Positions 1 through 10,275 of a stretch of 64,000 bases of DNA are shown here, one piece after another. Under the pieces are notes generated by a model, which saw only the letters and a list, made by a program, of their open reading frames with translations, ran no database searches and was not told where the DNA came from. The position numbers and the translations under genes are program-made. Location: contig JAUSHB010000006.1 in the NCBI GenBank assembly GCA_030648955.1, forward strand, positions 11,866 to 75,865. Direction: 5' to 3'. This stretch comes from a bacterium. Its GTDB lineage: Bacteria; Patescibacteriota; Minisyncoccia; Phycocordibacterales; JAUSHB01. Each line of letters opens with the position of its first letter. The stretch's first letter is position 1.

Positions 1-190
1 TACTGAATCAATCACCGTATGGGGTTTGCCACCAATTCCAATCTTTTTTTCTATAGCAGGGTACATTTTTATAACCAAAACAATAGTGATGATAAGGGCG
101 ATAATAACTATGGAAATCCTAAATACCCGCGAATGATTTTTTTTCTCTTCAGGGTTTAATCCCGACTTACGAGGACTTTGAGTTTGCATG
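1..190 (-). CDS. Partial CDS. N-terminus of a membrane-anchored hypothetical protein; the gene continues past the window start
   Basis: ATG at 188-190 (minus strand). Open frame to position 1 with no stop. Translation MQTQSPRKSGLNPEEKKNHSRVFRISIVIIALIITIVLVIKMYPAIEKK shows a basic N-terminus and one hydrophobic helix. Confidence 0.35.
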
Positions 191-234
191 ATTGTGTCAA
201 AAAATTTATTTCCCGACATGGTGCTTATGTAATA

Positions 235-3200
235 TTAAGGATTAAATCCATACGTCATAATAAATCGTGCGGAAGTAATGTATATGCTCGCAGTCGATGG
301 TGTAATCACAAGCTTGTTGCATTGTACTCCGGGGTTCATTGGATTTGCGTTGGTACATAATCCAGAATCATTGAGATTAAGTGTTGCTTCCGTAGGCGGA
401 GCACTCCCGTCAGCAATCTTATATAACAGTCTGAAGTTAGTGAGACTACTCCCTGGGATGGTAAATATTTTTGCAGCAAGATTATTTGCCTGAAGCGCAA
501 GAGTACCGCTTCCGCTTACAATACCCAGTACTTCTATATACGCGCTCTTGATTGTTTGCCCAACCTCCGGTGCAAGAATAGTAAAGTAAGTTGTGGTCGC
601 GGAAGCAATAACCGTTGGCTCACCAAAGAGTGATGTCTGCGTTGTTTTTGCCGGTTGTGTTACGCTTTGTGTTTGAAAGCTACCTGTCGCACCAAGAATT
701 CCCGTTTCATTTCCAGCATTGTCTTTCGATCGCACACGATAGTAATATATTGTGCCGGAATTGAGATTGGGGAACACAACGGCGTGTGAAGTGACCAACG
801 TTGGATCAAGTATTGTGCATTCGTTGGTGCCACTACAATCATACCCTCCAATAAATGTTCCGCTTGTATTGTACTCAACGCGACTCGTTGATAACTCAAG
901 CGATGTATCCCAGGTGATTGTTGCAGAATTCGTTCCTGGTGATCCGGACGATATGTTGCTGACTATCGGCGGCGTAGTGTCAATATTAATGTCTGTCTCT
1001 GTTTCTAAGTTCCCACCAAATGACACCCATGCACTTGGATAATCTCCAAGCCCGCCACAGGATGTAGTATGCGCTCCCCCTTTGTTGTGACATGTTCGTG
1101 CTTGCCAATGATAGGTGTTGTCAGACGGAGAAATTGATATTGAGCCAGTTGCAGGACCAGAACCAGCAGACCCCGCCCCCTCCACCGCAGATCCACATGC
1201 CGCAGTTCCTGTGCATAAAAATGAAGTTCCAATTGACCTATATTCAAATTGCGGATACAAGGTGCCCAAGAAAATGCCAGGTACTTCCATTGTCTGTTTG
1301 AGATATATTGGGGTTGCGGACGCAGTGTTGCCAATACCGATTGATTGCGTAAGTCCCAAATCTTTGAATTGGTCGAGACCAACCGGTTCACTTGGCGTAT
1401 TCGATAAAATGGTAAATAATTTCCCATTTGAATCATAGCCGTTTGATTTGAGTACCACATTCCCCGTCGCAGACCCTAAAGGCACTTGGGTGCTCATCGC
1501 CGTGTTCGTCCACCCGCTTGCGCCCCAATAGTTTGCAACAATACTTGAAGTAAACATTACGCGGTCGTTGGTGGTAAATGCAGGGGTGTTTACCAAATCC
1601 GAATCAGTGCCGGGCGATCCCGTTCCACACACTGCGGCATTTTGACAAAAATGATTTCCGTCTACCGTTACTGCGCTACCCTCTGATTGAGATGTCGGCG
1701 TAAACCCCGTAATCCGAGGTAGCACCCTAAAGCCAGTTGTAGTATAGGTATGAGTCTTGTTATTGGAATCGCTTCCTTGTTGCATTACCAAACTTCCTGT
1801 GTATGTGCTATCTGCAATTGCGGGAGATACTTGTGCTTGTATAAGTGTATTCGACCATGATCCTGTGATAACGCTTATTCCAATAATTTGAACATCCCCT
1901 CCAATGGATGCACTGCCAAACCGTGTACCATCGAGGAATACTTCACCGTCAGTGAGCCCATTGGGACACAGGGGATCGCTTGCGTCATATTCACGGGCAT
2001 ATGTTCCAACAGGAAATCCTGGTTTATCACACGCTCGAACGCCGGTAATCTGCGGCAACACATAAAAATTGAGTCCAGTGCTTGTCTGTCCTCCCACGGT
2101 TATCGTGAGTGCGCTTGCGCCGCCAAAATTCGTTCCCCAATCAGAATCTGTATCGCCAACAACCGCAGAATCGGTTAAAAAAGTAATTGAAGTATCTGTC
2201 CACACGATTACGTTAGCATCAGCGATTTGTTTAGTGCCCACCTTGATGTTGTTTCCTCCTGTTGAGCGATTCCCCACTCCCACGGTATTAAAGTTAGTTC
2301 CTGTTACAACAACTGTTTGTCGAAATCCCGCGCCTCCACCAATACGAGCACCGCATTCTGTACATGCCACGACATAATCCAACCCCCCTTCTGTTGAATT
2401 TACATAACTGGTAATTGAGGGTGGCGGAGTGGTATACCGCCATGAAACTTGTTCAACGGCCGCCACAACATTAGATCCAGTTGAGCCTAGATTTACGGTA
2501 TATGTTCCATTCCCCGTAATTTCGTTGTTGATATTTTTGTCAAAAAAAAGAACCCATAGATATTCTCCCGTGGAATCCCAATTATACGCGGACGGCGCGG
2601 TTGGACTAATAGAAATATTTACCAGCCGATCCACCGTAACCCCACTTACTGAACTCGCCGCAGTAGAAGACCTGAAACTTCCCGCGAGAGGGGTCCCCGC
2701 AATAGTTATATTGACAGCAGGAGTTCCCGTGGTTCCATATGCACTCTGTTGTACCGCCCAAAAAATCGCCGAAGCGGATTGCGTTGCAGAATTTTTTGCA
2801 AATGAGTATGTAATAATCAATTGTGCGGTGCGCGATGTCATGGTGCCAGTAAAGGTTGCGGAAAGCTGATTATTCCCCTGCACCATGGAGCCGAGATTGT
2901 TAATGTCGCTCGAGAGTATCCAGAAGTTGTTCATAATTTCATTTGATGCTGTGTATGTATACGAAGTGGCGGGCGTGGGGACACTTGCTCCCAGTTGCGC
3001 AGCAAGCCCAAGGGAATCATTTGTTACCGCATGTGCAGTACCACGCATGTAGATATTCTTAAACGATGGGGTATCTTCTGGAATGTTTATAGTATCCGTC
3101 ACATCAAGTGGAACTGCTGATGCTTTATTCCCATTAGATTCCAGCATGATCTCCTCAGTCTGCATGAGGGTTGTTGAATTCGTGTAATTAAATTTATAGG

Positions 3201-4158
3201 TAATAACCTGCTCCGCAGAAACAAGATTCATTTGATACCCGACAGTAGCGGCAATTTTTAAGTTATGAGCGACATTGAGTGTCAGTGAATTCTTTGGATG
3301 AAGTATGTAAATTGCTTGGCTGTTCGTTCCTCCACTATTATCCAAATAATACGCGCTTGCTGCATCGGCATCATAATTTACCGCAAAGGTGCTGTCCGTT
3401 GTTCCTGTCGCAGGGATTTGTCCGCGTATTTCTGACCATGCAGAAACGACAACAGGAGAATCTTCCGTTACAGCCATAGTGGGACTTGTAAAGGTAACAC
3501 CCGTTGCGCCTACTGCAACATTTCCTGCAGATTGCCCAATACGATACTTGATGGTGCTGATTTGCGTCGCAGCAGTGTCATCATAATCATAAGTAATGAA
3601 CATTTTTGCGTTTTCCATTTTGCGCGGCACACCCGCGACATTCGCGCGAAATGTGATATTCTTGGTACCCGGTCCCTGCATGGCGGCCTGCATAGCAGTA
3701 GTAAAATTCGGCCTTACGAGAATCGTATAGTTTTCACCCGAAGATTGATATGACGCTGAATTAAAAACGGTTTCAGAAAATCCCGAGGGCGTGAGGCCGA
3801 GCGTAACGATCCCCGGAGGTCCTGTGAGTGCGCTTTGAAATGTATAATCAATCCACGCCGACTTGATCATTGTGGGTGATACAATGGCATCAGGCAAGTC
3901 TATGGTAAATACGGAATTCCAATTTGTTCCCGCGGCAACACCTATTCCCGATGTTTGATTTTGCCCGACAAAAAATTCTATTGTTTTTGTTTTCGTTCCC
4001 GCAGCATGGGCTATTGGAATCTTACCAATACCTCCTTGACCAGTAAAAAAATAACCGATGAGCACCGCGGACATGTTTGAGAATGCGAACAGTGCAATAA
4101 ACAACGTAATCAAGAGTTGTTTAAATGTATTTTTCAATAAAGTAAAGATCTTGATCAT
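235..4158 (-). CDS. Large (about 1307 aa) secreted or cell-surface protein rich in Thr/Ser/Gly/Asn. Candidate pilus-associated adhesin or surface repeat protein
   Basis: Uninterrupted 3.9-kb ORF. Probable start is the internal Met MIKIFTLLKNTFKQLLITLFIALFAFS (signal/anchor helix). Low-complexity T/S/G/N-rich composition typical of beta-rich surface adhesins. Lies directly downstream of the minor pilins in the same orientation. Confidence 0.6.
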   Translation of the reverse strand: MIKIFTLLKNTFKQLLITLFIALFAFSNMSAVLIGYFFTGQGGIGKIPIAHAAGTKTKTIEFFVGQNQTSGIGVAAGTNWNSVFTIDLPDAIVSPTMIKSAWIDYTFQSALTGPPGIVTLGLTPSGFSETVFNSASYQSSGENYTILVRPNFTTAMQAAMQGPGTKNITFRANVAGVPRKMENAKMFITYDYDDTAATQISTIKYRIGQSAGNVAVGATGVTFTSPTMAVTEDSPVVVSAWSEIRGQIPATGTTDSTFAVNYDADAASAYYLDNSGGTNSQAIYILHPKNSLTLNVAHNLKIAATVGYQMNLVSAEQVITYKFNYTNSTTLMQTEEIMLESNGNKASAVPLDVTDTINIPEDTPSFKNIYMRGTAHAVTNDSLGLAAQLGASVPTPATSYTYTASNEIMNNFWILSSDINNLGSMVQGNNQLSATFTGTMTSRTAQLIITYSFAKNSATQSASAIFWAVQQSAYGTTGTPAVNITIAGTPLAGSFRSSTAASSVSGVTVDRLVNISISPTAPSAYNWDSTGEYLWVLFFDKNINNEITGNGTYTVNLGSTGSNVVAAVEQVSWRYTTPPPSITSYVNSTEGGLDYVVACTECGARIGGGAGFRQTVVVTGTNFNTVGVGNRSTGGNNIKVGTKQIADANVIVWTDTSITFLTDSAVVGDTDSDWGTNFGGASALTITVGGQTSTGLNFYVLPQITGVRACDKPGFPVGTYAREYDASDPLCPNGLTDGEVFLDGTRFGSASIGGDVQIIGISVITGSWSNTLIQAQVSPAIADSTYTGSLVMQQGSDSNNKTHTYTTTGFRVLPRITGFTPTSQSEGSAVTVDGNHFCQNAAVCGTGSPGTDSDLVNTPAFTTNDRVMFTSSIVANYWGASGWTNTAMSTQVPLGSATGNVVLKSNGYDSNGKLFTILSNTPSEPVGLDQFKDLGLTQSIGIGNTASATPIYLKQTMEVPGIFLGTLYPQFEYRSIGTSFLCTGTAACGSAVEGAGSAGSGPATGSISISPSDNTYHWQARTCHNKGGAHTTSCGGLGDYPSAWVSFGGNLETETDINIDTTPPIVSNISSGSPGTNSATITWDTSLELSTSRVEYNTSGTFIGGYDCSGTNECTILDPTLVTSHAVVFPNLNSGTIYYYRVRSKDNAGNETGILGATGSFQTQSVTQPAKTTQTSLFGEPTVIASATTTYFTILAPEVGQTIKSAYIEVLGIVSGSGTLALQANNLAAKIFTIPGSSLTNFRLLYKIADGSAPPTEATLNLNDSGLCTNANPMNPGVQCNKLVITPSTASIYITSARFIMTYGFNP

Positions 4159-4255
4159 AGAACGTACGTGGCATATTAACAGCACATTTATATTTGAAAT
4201 TATACACGCCTGAAGATATTTTGACTAATACTCACAAGACTATCTGTGCTCATTA

Positions 4256-4954
4256 TTATTGTAATTTAATAGCCCCCGGCATGCTTGTGTTGTCTATGTT
4301 TCCATCATCAGAAAAATATGAATTTGGGGATATACTGCAGGAAGATGACGGTGCTGGGTCAGCAGGAAACGATTTTCCTGCGCTCCAATTGGTCTGAGGA
4401 CAAACCTTGTTCCGCCAACGAATCACATATTCTGTTTGCACGATAGGTTCTCCCCCACTCCAACTAACCGAAACGACAACTTTTTGAGTAGACGGATCGT
4501 CTGAATAGTTACCAACTGGACTGCATGTGGTACTACTCGCAACCCCGCGACTGCCATCATTACATCGGCTTACGTTTTCAATAATAAAATATCTCATAAA
4601 ATTAACTCCGTTCACCAAAATTGATTCATCGGAACCGCCTGCTGAAACAGACCACGTTCCATTCAAAGCAACGGGATAGTAATGCGTACCATTATGTGCC
4701 AACCCGAATATAGTCTGCCATCTTCCATCTCCAATTGCGCGAATTGCTTCAATGGTCTCATTGAGGATTCCTACTGCCACATCCCTCTCTCCTGCCATCT
4801 TATCACTTTGTAAACTTACAAATACCATTTGTGAACCAATTGAAAGAATGATGCCCAGAATCGCTGTGGCGACAAGGATTTCAAGAAGCAACGCCCCGCG
4901 TTTTTGGGTAGAACGTAGAATATAAAGTTTTGAATTCGGAAATGATTTCAACAT
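4256..4954 (-). CDS. Type IV minor pilin / pseudopilin with prepilin-type N-terminal cleavage/methylation domain
   Basis: N-terminus ...STQKRG|ALLLEILVATAILGIIL. Class III signal with Gly, a hydrophobic helix and Glu at +5. Globular C-terminal part contains Cys. Confidence 0.7.
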   Translation of the reverse strand: MLKSFPNSKLYILRSTQKRGALLLEILVATAILGIILSIGSQMVFVSLQSDKMAGERDVAVGILNETIEAIRAIGDGRWQTIFGLAHNGTHYYPVALNGTWSVSAGGSDESILVNGVNFMRYFIIENVSRCNDGSRGVASSTTCSPVGNYSDDPSTQKVVVSVSWSGGEPIVQTEYVIRWRNKVCPQTNWSAGKSFPADPAPSSSCSISPNSYFSDDGNIDNTSMPGAIKLQ

Positions 4955-5010
4955 AATTCTTTTATCTTTTTTATAAACATGTTGAGTAGTTTATGGAATC
5001 GTTATCCTGC

Positions 5011-5478
5011 CTAATACACCGTCCCCTGTGCAGTCACCGTAATGGTAGCTGTGTCGCCTAGAGATGAAAGCCCGAGTGTCATTGCAGTGGCTGTTCCACT
5101 TATTTTTGAAAAAATAATTTCTTTACTCAAACCCTCTCCCGGATTGGTAAATATTACCCCGCGCGGTAGTGTTGTGGTTGAATGAACGGCCGTGAGCACA
5201 TCGATATAATTTGTAGGTGTTGAAAAGATTTCGTAGTAATCGTCTGCGCTATTCACTGCACGCATACCCCATTTCATGTTATTCTCACCCGCCATAGACT
5301 TTGCTCGTACATTTTTAATGTCAGACATCAATGTTTTACTAGTAGCTTGAGATTCAATAGTCGTTACCGTATTATGAAAATATCCCGCTCCTGCTGCACT
5401 CAATCCCGCAAGAATAGCAATGACAATCAAAATTTCAAGCAAACTTATGCCTCGAGAAAGATTATAGAAATTAGACAT
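5011..5478 (-). CDS. Type IV minor pilin / pseudopilin (GspH-like size)
   Basis: MSNFYNLSRG|ISLLEILIVIAILAGL. Prepilin leader followed by a conserved E5-containing hydrophobic helix. Confidence 0.7.
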   Translation of the reverse strand: MSNFYNLSRGISLLEILIVIAILAGLSAAGAGYFHNTVTTIESQATSKTLMSDIKNVRAKSMAGENNMKWGMRAVNSADDYYEIFSTPTNYIDVLTAVHSTTTLPRGVIFTNPGEGLSKEIIFSKISGTATAMTLGLSSLGDTATITVTAQGTVY

Positions 5479-5483
5479 ACGGT

Positions 5484-6701
5484 CTAAGTAAATTTACCTA
5501 CGAGCTGATAGATAGGGAGTAGTATCGAGAGAGCGACGGCACCGATAACAAGCCCCATAAAAAGAAGGAGGACCGGCTCAATGAGCGAGGATAGGTCTTT
5601 TAGTTTTCCGTCAACTTCTTCTTCATAAAAATCTGATACAGTCGCAAGGATAGAGGTGAGTGTCCCTGTTTTTTCTCCCATAAGAATGAGGCTTACGAAC
5701 AGATGGGGAAACAAATGGGGATATTTTAAAAATGTTTGTGAAAAAGGAATTCCGCTTTGTATTTCTTTTGCAGATTTTAAAATCGCTTCGCGATAATAAT
5801 AATTTCCCACCGAGTTTGCTGAAAGCTCAAGCGCTTCTGTCGCGGGTATTCCGCTCCCAATGAGACCCCCCAGAGTACGCGCAAAGCGTATAAGTGCTAC
5901 TTTTTTTACAAGATCACTTGCAATCGGAACCTTAAGTAATATTTTAAAAAAGAATTTTCTCCCGCGTTCAGTTTTGCGAAAAAAAACAAAGAACCAAATG
6001 AAAAACGCAACAATTCCTACATCAACAAAGATATAGGTCGAAAGAAAATTACTTGTTGCAATAAGTATCTTTGTCACGAGAGGTAATTCAACGCCACTTT
6101 GTAAAAATGCTTTTGTCAGTCGCGGAAGTACAAAAATCAGCAAAAGCCCGATTACTGCAACCGAACCAACAAGAAGTATGACGGGGTAGGTGAGCGCAGA
6201 TCTTACCTTACGGGTGAGATTATATTCTTTGGTGAGATATTTCCCTAAGTTATCAAGTGTCACGTCCAGCTGTCCAGATGCTTCAGCCGCTTTAAGCATT
6301 CCCAGAAACATGGGCGGAAAATATTTCCCATTCATCTCAAACCCTCGTGAAAGCGGCTGCCCGTTTTTTACTTGCGATTTTGCAGTACGCAAAACTTTCT
6401 GTAGAATTTTCTTTTTAGTGTCCTCAATAAGAATATCAAGTGCCTCAATAATGCCGAGCCCCGCACGAATCGCAGCTGAAAGATTGCGAACTAAAAAAAC
6501 AATGTCGACAGGCGTGATGCGCTCAAAAATTGAGATAGCCAAAATTCCTTCTTTTTCTCCAATCTTAATCTGATTGATAGACACAGGAGTCAATCCACGT
6601 TTATTCAAATGTGTGACCACCTCGCGCTCATTGGCGGCATCAAACTCACCTCGAATTATTGCGCCATCTTTGTCATACCCTTCGTAGAAATAGATGCTCA
6701 T
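5484..6701 (-). CDS. pilC: Type IV pilus assembly platform protein PilC (GspF family)
   Basis: 405 aa. Two T2SS_F-type repeats and three TM segments. Typical PilC N-terminus MSIYFYEGYDKDGAIIRGEF. Adjacent to pilB. Confidence 0.9.
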   Translation of the reverse strand: MSIYFYEGYDKDGAIIRGEFDAANEREVVTHLNKRGLTPVSINQIKIGEKEGILAISIFERITPVDIVFLVRNLSAAIRAGLGIIEALDILIEDTKKKILQKVLRTAKSQVKNGQPLSRGFEMNGKYFPPMFLGMLKAAEASGQLDVTLDNLGKYLTKEYNLTRKVRSALTYPVILLVGSVAVIGLLLIFVLPRLTKAFLQSGVELPLVTKILIATSNFLSTYIFVDVGIVAFFIWFFVFFRKTERGRKFFFKILLKVPIASDLVKKVALIRFARTLGGLIGSGIPATEALELSANSVGNYYYREAILKSAKEIQSGIPFSQTFLKYPHLFPHLFVSLILMGEKTGTLTSILATVSDFYEEEVDGKLKDLSSLIEPVLLLFMGLVIGAVALSILLPIYQLVGKFT

Positions 6702-6713
6702 AATACATTTATA

Positions 6714-8438
6714 TTACTCCCTCACCACCCTTAATATTTCCTCAATAGTGGTCATTCCCCGTTCAACTTTCCCGAGACCATCCTCAAACATTGTTACCAT
6801 TCCTTCACGAATCGCCACCTTGCGAATTTCCCCTACTGTAGCAACTTTCATAAGAAGCTCCCGAATCGCATTACTCACCTGGAACAACTCGAAGATACCA
6901 ATTTGTCCCGTAAACCCCGTATTGCCGCATACCTTGCACCCCTTACCACGATAGAGCGTAGTTGGTGTATTTTTTATATTACCTTCACCAAGTGTTTTTA
7001 TCTCCCCCACAATAAGATGATTTATTTCTGCGGGGATGGGGTATGACTCAACACATGATGTACATATCCTACGAACTAAGCGTTGAGCTATCACGAGATT
7101 CACGGTTGAAGAAAGTAGGAATGCGGGAGCACCCATATCAAGAAGACGGGGCAGGGCCGAGGGAGCATCATTCGTATGAAGAGATGAAAGCACTAAATGT
7201 CCCGTAAGGGCGGCATGGACTGCGATTTCTACTGTTTCATTGTCACGTATCTCACCAATCATTATGATGTCGGGATTTTGACGCAAAAGTGCACGCAGAC
7301 CATTAGCAAAGGTGATGCCTGATTTTGAATTTACCTGCGTTTGATTAATGCCGGATACTTGATATTCTATCGGATCCTCGATTGTCGTTATATTTACTTT
7401 TGTCGTATTCAAAATATTGAGCATTGCATAGAGCGTAGTTGTCTTTCCGTGTCCCGTAGGACCCGTAACCAATATCATTCCGTGGGGTTTTTTGATCTCC
7501 TCATCAATCCGAGTTTGCATTTTTTCAGGAACACCCAGGTCATCGAGAGTAAGTGGACGAGCGGAATTTTTCAATAGTCGCATTTCAACTTTTTCACCAT
7601 GGAATATCGGCATGATGTTGGTACGAATATCAATAGCTGTACCGTCCTCAATTTCAAAACGAAATCGTCCATCTTGGGGTGTTCTATGTTCATCGATTTG
7701 TAGGTTGCCAAGAATTTTCACCCGCGCAACAAGAATTGGCGCAATCGTTTTGGGAAGTGCTAATATTTCCTGCATGATTCCATCGATACGAAATCGTACC
7801 AGGAGAGCTTTTTCGAGCGGCTCAAAATGGATATCGGAAGCATTGAGTACCGCTGCATGCTCCACGATATTATCAAGGATCGCCACAATGGGAACCGCGG
7901 AAGCTGTTTTTGCCAAATCTGTATCACTGCTCACGGCAATTAAAAGTGACTTTTCTATGTTTTCAGATATTGTTTGATTAAATCCTACGCCAATTTTCTT
8001 TTTATATTGCCTAAGACCATATTTAAAGCTCGTAATCGTCATGAGATGTGTTTCTATCCAAACACCAAGTTTTGCGCGCAAGAATTCAATCGTATCAAGA
8101 TCGAGCGGATCAAGCATCGCGATTTTGAGAATTTTTTTAGTCACATCATGCTCAAAAGCAATAACGCTCTTTGATTTAGCGTAATTTTCTGAAACAAGCT
8201 CAAGTGTCTTTTGTGGAATATTGACCTTTTTAAGGTTTATGAGTGGAACTTCAAAATATGGAGAAAGAACTTCCGATAAGTATTCCTCTGAAATATATCC
8301 TTTCCCCATGAGAATCTCGGGAATTTCGCGTCCTGTTTTAAATGACTCATCACGAGCCAATTCAAAATCCTTATCAGTCACCACGCCGGATTCATTTAGT
8401 ATTTTTTTTAGGTTGTCGGTGGTAATGTGCATGCCCAC
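6714..8438 (-). CDS. pilB: Type IV pilus assembly ATPase PilB (GspE family)
   Basis: N-terminal GSPII_E N-domain. Walker A LVTGPTGHGKTTTL. Asp/His boxes. C-terminal tetracysteine CTSCV...CKVCGNTG. Confidence 0.9.
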   Translation of the reverse strand: MGMHITTDNLKKILNESGVVTDKDFELARDESFKTGREIPEILMGKGYISEEYLSEVLSPYFEVPLINLKKVNIPQKTLELVSENYAKSKSVIAFEHDVTKKILKIAMLDPLDLDTIEFLRAKLGVWIETHLMTITSFKYGLRQYKKKIGVGFNQTISENIEKSLLIAVSSDTDLAKTASAVPIVAILDNIVEHAAVLNASDIHFEPLEKALLVRFRIDGIMQEILALPKTIAPILVARVKILGNLQIDEHRTPQDGRFRFEIEDGTAIDIRTNIMPIFHGEKVEMRLLKNSARPLTLDDLGVPEKMQTRIDEEIKKPHGMILVTGPTGHGKTTTLYAMLNILNTTKVNITTIEDPIEYQVSGINQTQVNSKSGITFANGLRALLRQNPDIIMIGEIRDNETVEIAVHAALTGHLVLSSLHTNDAPSALPRLLDMGAPAFLLSSTVNLVIAQRLVRRICTSCVESYPIPAEINHLIVGEIKTLGEGNIKNTPTTLYRGKGCKVCGNTGFTGQIGIFELFQVSNAIRELLMKVATVGEIRKVAIREGMVTMFEDGLGKVERGMTTIEEILRVVRE

Positions 8439-8683
8439 ATATTATATCATGTGGTTTTATGCTCGCATATCCATAAAAATAATCATACGCATAAAGCCCT
8501 TCGAGCGTTTCTTTGTTATTTTGTTAGAAAATGATCATTTAATTTTTTCCCTAGGCTCGTTAAGACTTCGTAGCCCCTTCCAATTGTCTTAACATCTTCA
8601 CGACCGTGAAAGTATTCCGTGCGGGGTGATAATTTAATGTATGTGGTTTGATCTGTAGTGTATATTGTTTACCGTAAAAAGAC

Positions 8684-9364
8684 TTAGACCTTGAGGGCGG
8701 AAATATGAAAAAACGCCGTGGGATCACCAAATATTGACAGTACAAATATAGTCATGACCGAAAGTAGAAAAGAAATTCCAAGAGTGGTTCGAGATTCTTT
8801 GAGCACTTTCAGCCGATACATACTCATTATAACCGTATAGAAAAGTGCGCCGGGAATAAAGACAAGTACCCCTGGCCAGCCGGACAAAAGAGCACAGAGA
8901 AGTCCCAGTTCCATCTCCCCTTCTGCAAAGAAATGACCGCGATAGTTACGTAATAATCTAAGAAATGCATAGAACGCGAATGACACGAGAAGAAGGATTC
9001 CCACCCTTAACCAAAAACGACCGAGAACATAAAACATAAAATACCCGCCAGAATGGTTAAAAAACGGTCGAGTAAATTCAATCGCACTGGGGAAGGGTAC
9101 CGCCGTGCTCACGGGAGCAGTTACCAAAAATTTTGTCAATTCGGTTCCATTTTGCCAAACAGCATGCTGACCAAAAGTAAGCAAAAGAGAATACCCTATC
9201 ATAAATACTATCGTAAGAAATGAGAGTATCCAAAGACGCCGACGTAAAACACCCTCTCTTCCCTCTTTGTTCCTTAGAAATACTAGAGTCGTAAAAACTA
9301 AGAGTGCCGGAATTACGATGCGAGGTGCCCACAAGGCTATACTACTGATAACGTGATAATCCAT
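8684..9364 (-). CDS. Polytopic membrane protein, possibly a divergent prepilin-peptidase (A24/PilD)-like protein. The catalytic Asp pair is not evident
   Basis: About 7 predicted TM helices. Motif GHFFAEGEMELGLLCALLSGWPG resembles the PilD GGGDVKLLAxLG box but has Glu in place of Asp. Only two Asp in the whole protein. Position between pilB and the major pilin. Confidence 0.3.
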   Translation of the reverse strand: MDYHVISSIALWAPRIVIPALLVFTTLVFLRNKEGREGVLRRRLWILSFLTIVFMIGYSLLLTFGQHAVWQNGTELTKFLVTAPVSTAVPFPSAIEFTRPFFNHSGGYFMFYVLGRFWLRVGILLLVSFAFYAFLRLLRNYRGHFFAEGEMELGLLCALLSGWPGVLVFIPGALFYTVIMSMYRLKVLKESRTTLGISFLLSVMTIFVLSIFGDPTAFFHISALKV

Positions 9365-9458
9365 ATTATTTTATTATACACCAAAGCCCGCCTTGAAGGC
9401 GGGCTTTGGAAAAACTAAATCTTCTAAACTTCAAGGAACGTTTTATTGGACTATTGGA

Positions 9459-10127
9459 CTAGAAATCTACACCCGCGCCCAAAATTCTCAAGTTTGTTCC
9501 TACTTCGTAATAGTCGTTATTATTACCACCATCTTTTGTTCTTCTGTTATCAGTGCTTGTGTATTCAGTGCTTTCAAGTTGTGCGTTAATCTCAAAGTTG
9601 AGAGGATTCGCGGCGCATGCGTAGCGATATACGAGGTCAGTGCTTGCAACAGTACCAAGTGCTGCAATTGTATTAGTTGGATCTTGTGGAACATTTGAAA
9701 TTGGAGACCCACTAGTAAGAGAATCGAAACTTACTGGAATCCATCCCGTACCATCAGTAAGGGTTGGTGTTGCTGACTGACCTGAAACCACAACAATACT
9801 GCCATCAAGTGTTGTATCTGTAATCAGAGTACCAGAACCAAGCGAGTAAAAAATCTTGTCTCCAGCGATATATGCAGCAGTAGGGGATGCCTTACATGCC
9901 GTATTGTTTGCAACATCACCAAGATAAGGGGTCGATGTGCTGGTAATATAAAGACCGAGTGCTGTCTTGAGCGTGCTCAAGTCTGAAATTCGCTGTGCAT
10001 CTCGAGACTTCTTAAGCGTCTCTGCTGGGTTTATGACCAAAATAAGAGCGACTGACAAAATCGCAATAATTGCGATTACAATCAAAAGTTCAAGGAGTGT
10101 GAAACCATCTTTCTTTTCCCGTGACAT
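9459..10127 (-). CDS. Type IV pilin (major pilin candidate)
   Basis: Probable start at the second Met, giving a short leader MSREKKDG|FTLLELLIVIAIIAILSVALI. This is a canonical class III signal plus alpha1 helix. Ser/Thr-rich C-terminal domain. First gene downstream of a long promoter-containing intergenic region. Confidence 0.75.
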   Translation of the reverse strand: MSREKKDGFTLLELLIVIAIIAILSVALILVINPAETLKKSRDAQRISDLSTLKTALGLYITSTSTPYLGDVANNTACKASPTAAYIAGDKIFYSLGSGTLITDTTLDGSIVVVSGQSATPTLTDGTGWIPVSFDSLTSGSPISNVPQDPTNTIAALGTVASTDLVYRYACAANPLNFEINAQLESTEYTSTDNRRTKDGGNNNDYYEVGTNLRILGAGVDF

Positions 10128-10211
10128 AACATTTCCTGTGTACATAGTATAAAAAATTATTTTCTATTAAATTACCGAACTTATTAACTCATGTGCTCGA
10201 ATGCTCTTGCA

Positions 10212-10219
10212 ATTATACA
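10212..10219 (-). promoter_or_regulatory. Candidate extended -10 element (TGTATAAT on the minus strand) for the major pilin gene
   Basis: Reverse complement of 10212-10219 is TGTATAAT. It lies about 90 bp upstream of the pilin start. The -35 element is not clear. Confidence 0.25.
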
Positions 10220-10258
10220 ACATACTACTCAACAATAGATAACTGTGGGTGTGGATAA

Positions 10259-10275
10259 CCCCCCCCTTTTTTTTT
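10259..10275. repeat. Homopolymeric C8-T9 tract in the pilin upstream region
   Basis: cccccccc followed by ttttttttt at 10259-10275. Lies between the receiver gene stop and the putative pilin promoter. Confidence 0.8.

Noticed and set aside
1092-1438. Plus-strand ORFs with a PPPPP run, antisense to the large surface-protein gene
   Set aside because: Shadow ORFs inside a long, strongly supported coding region.
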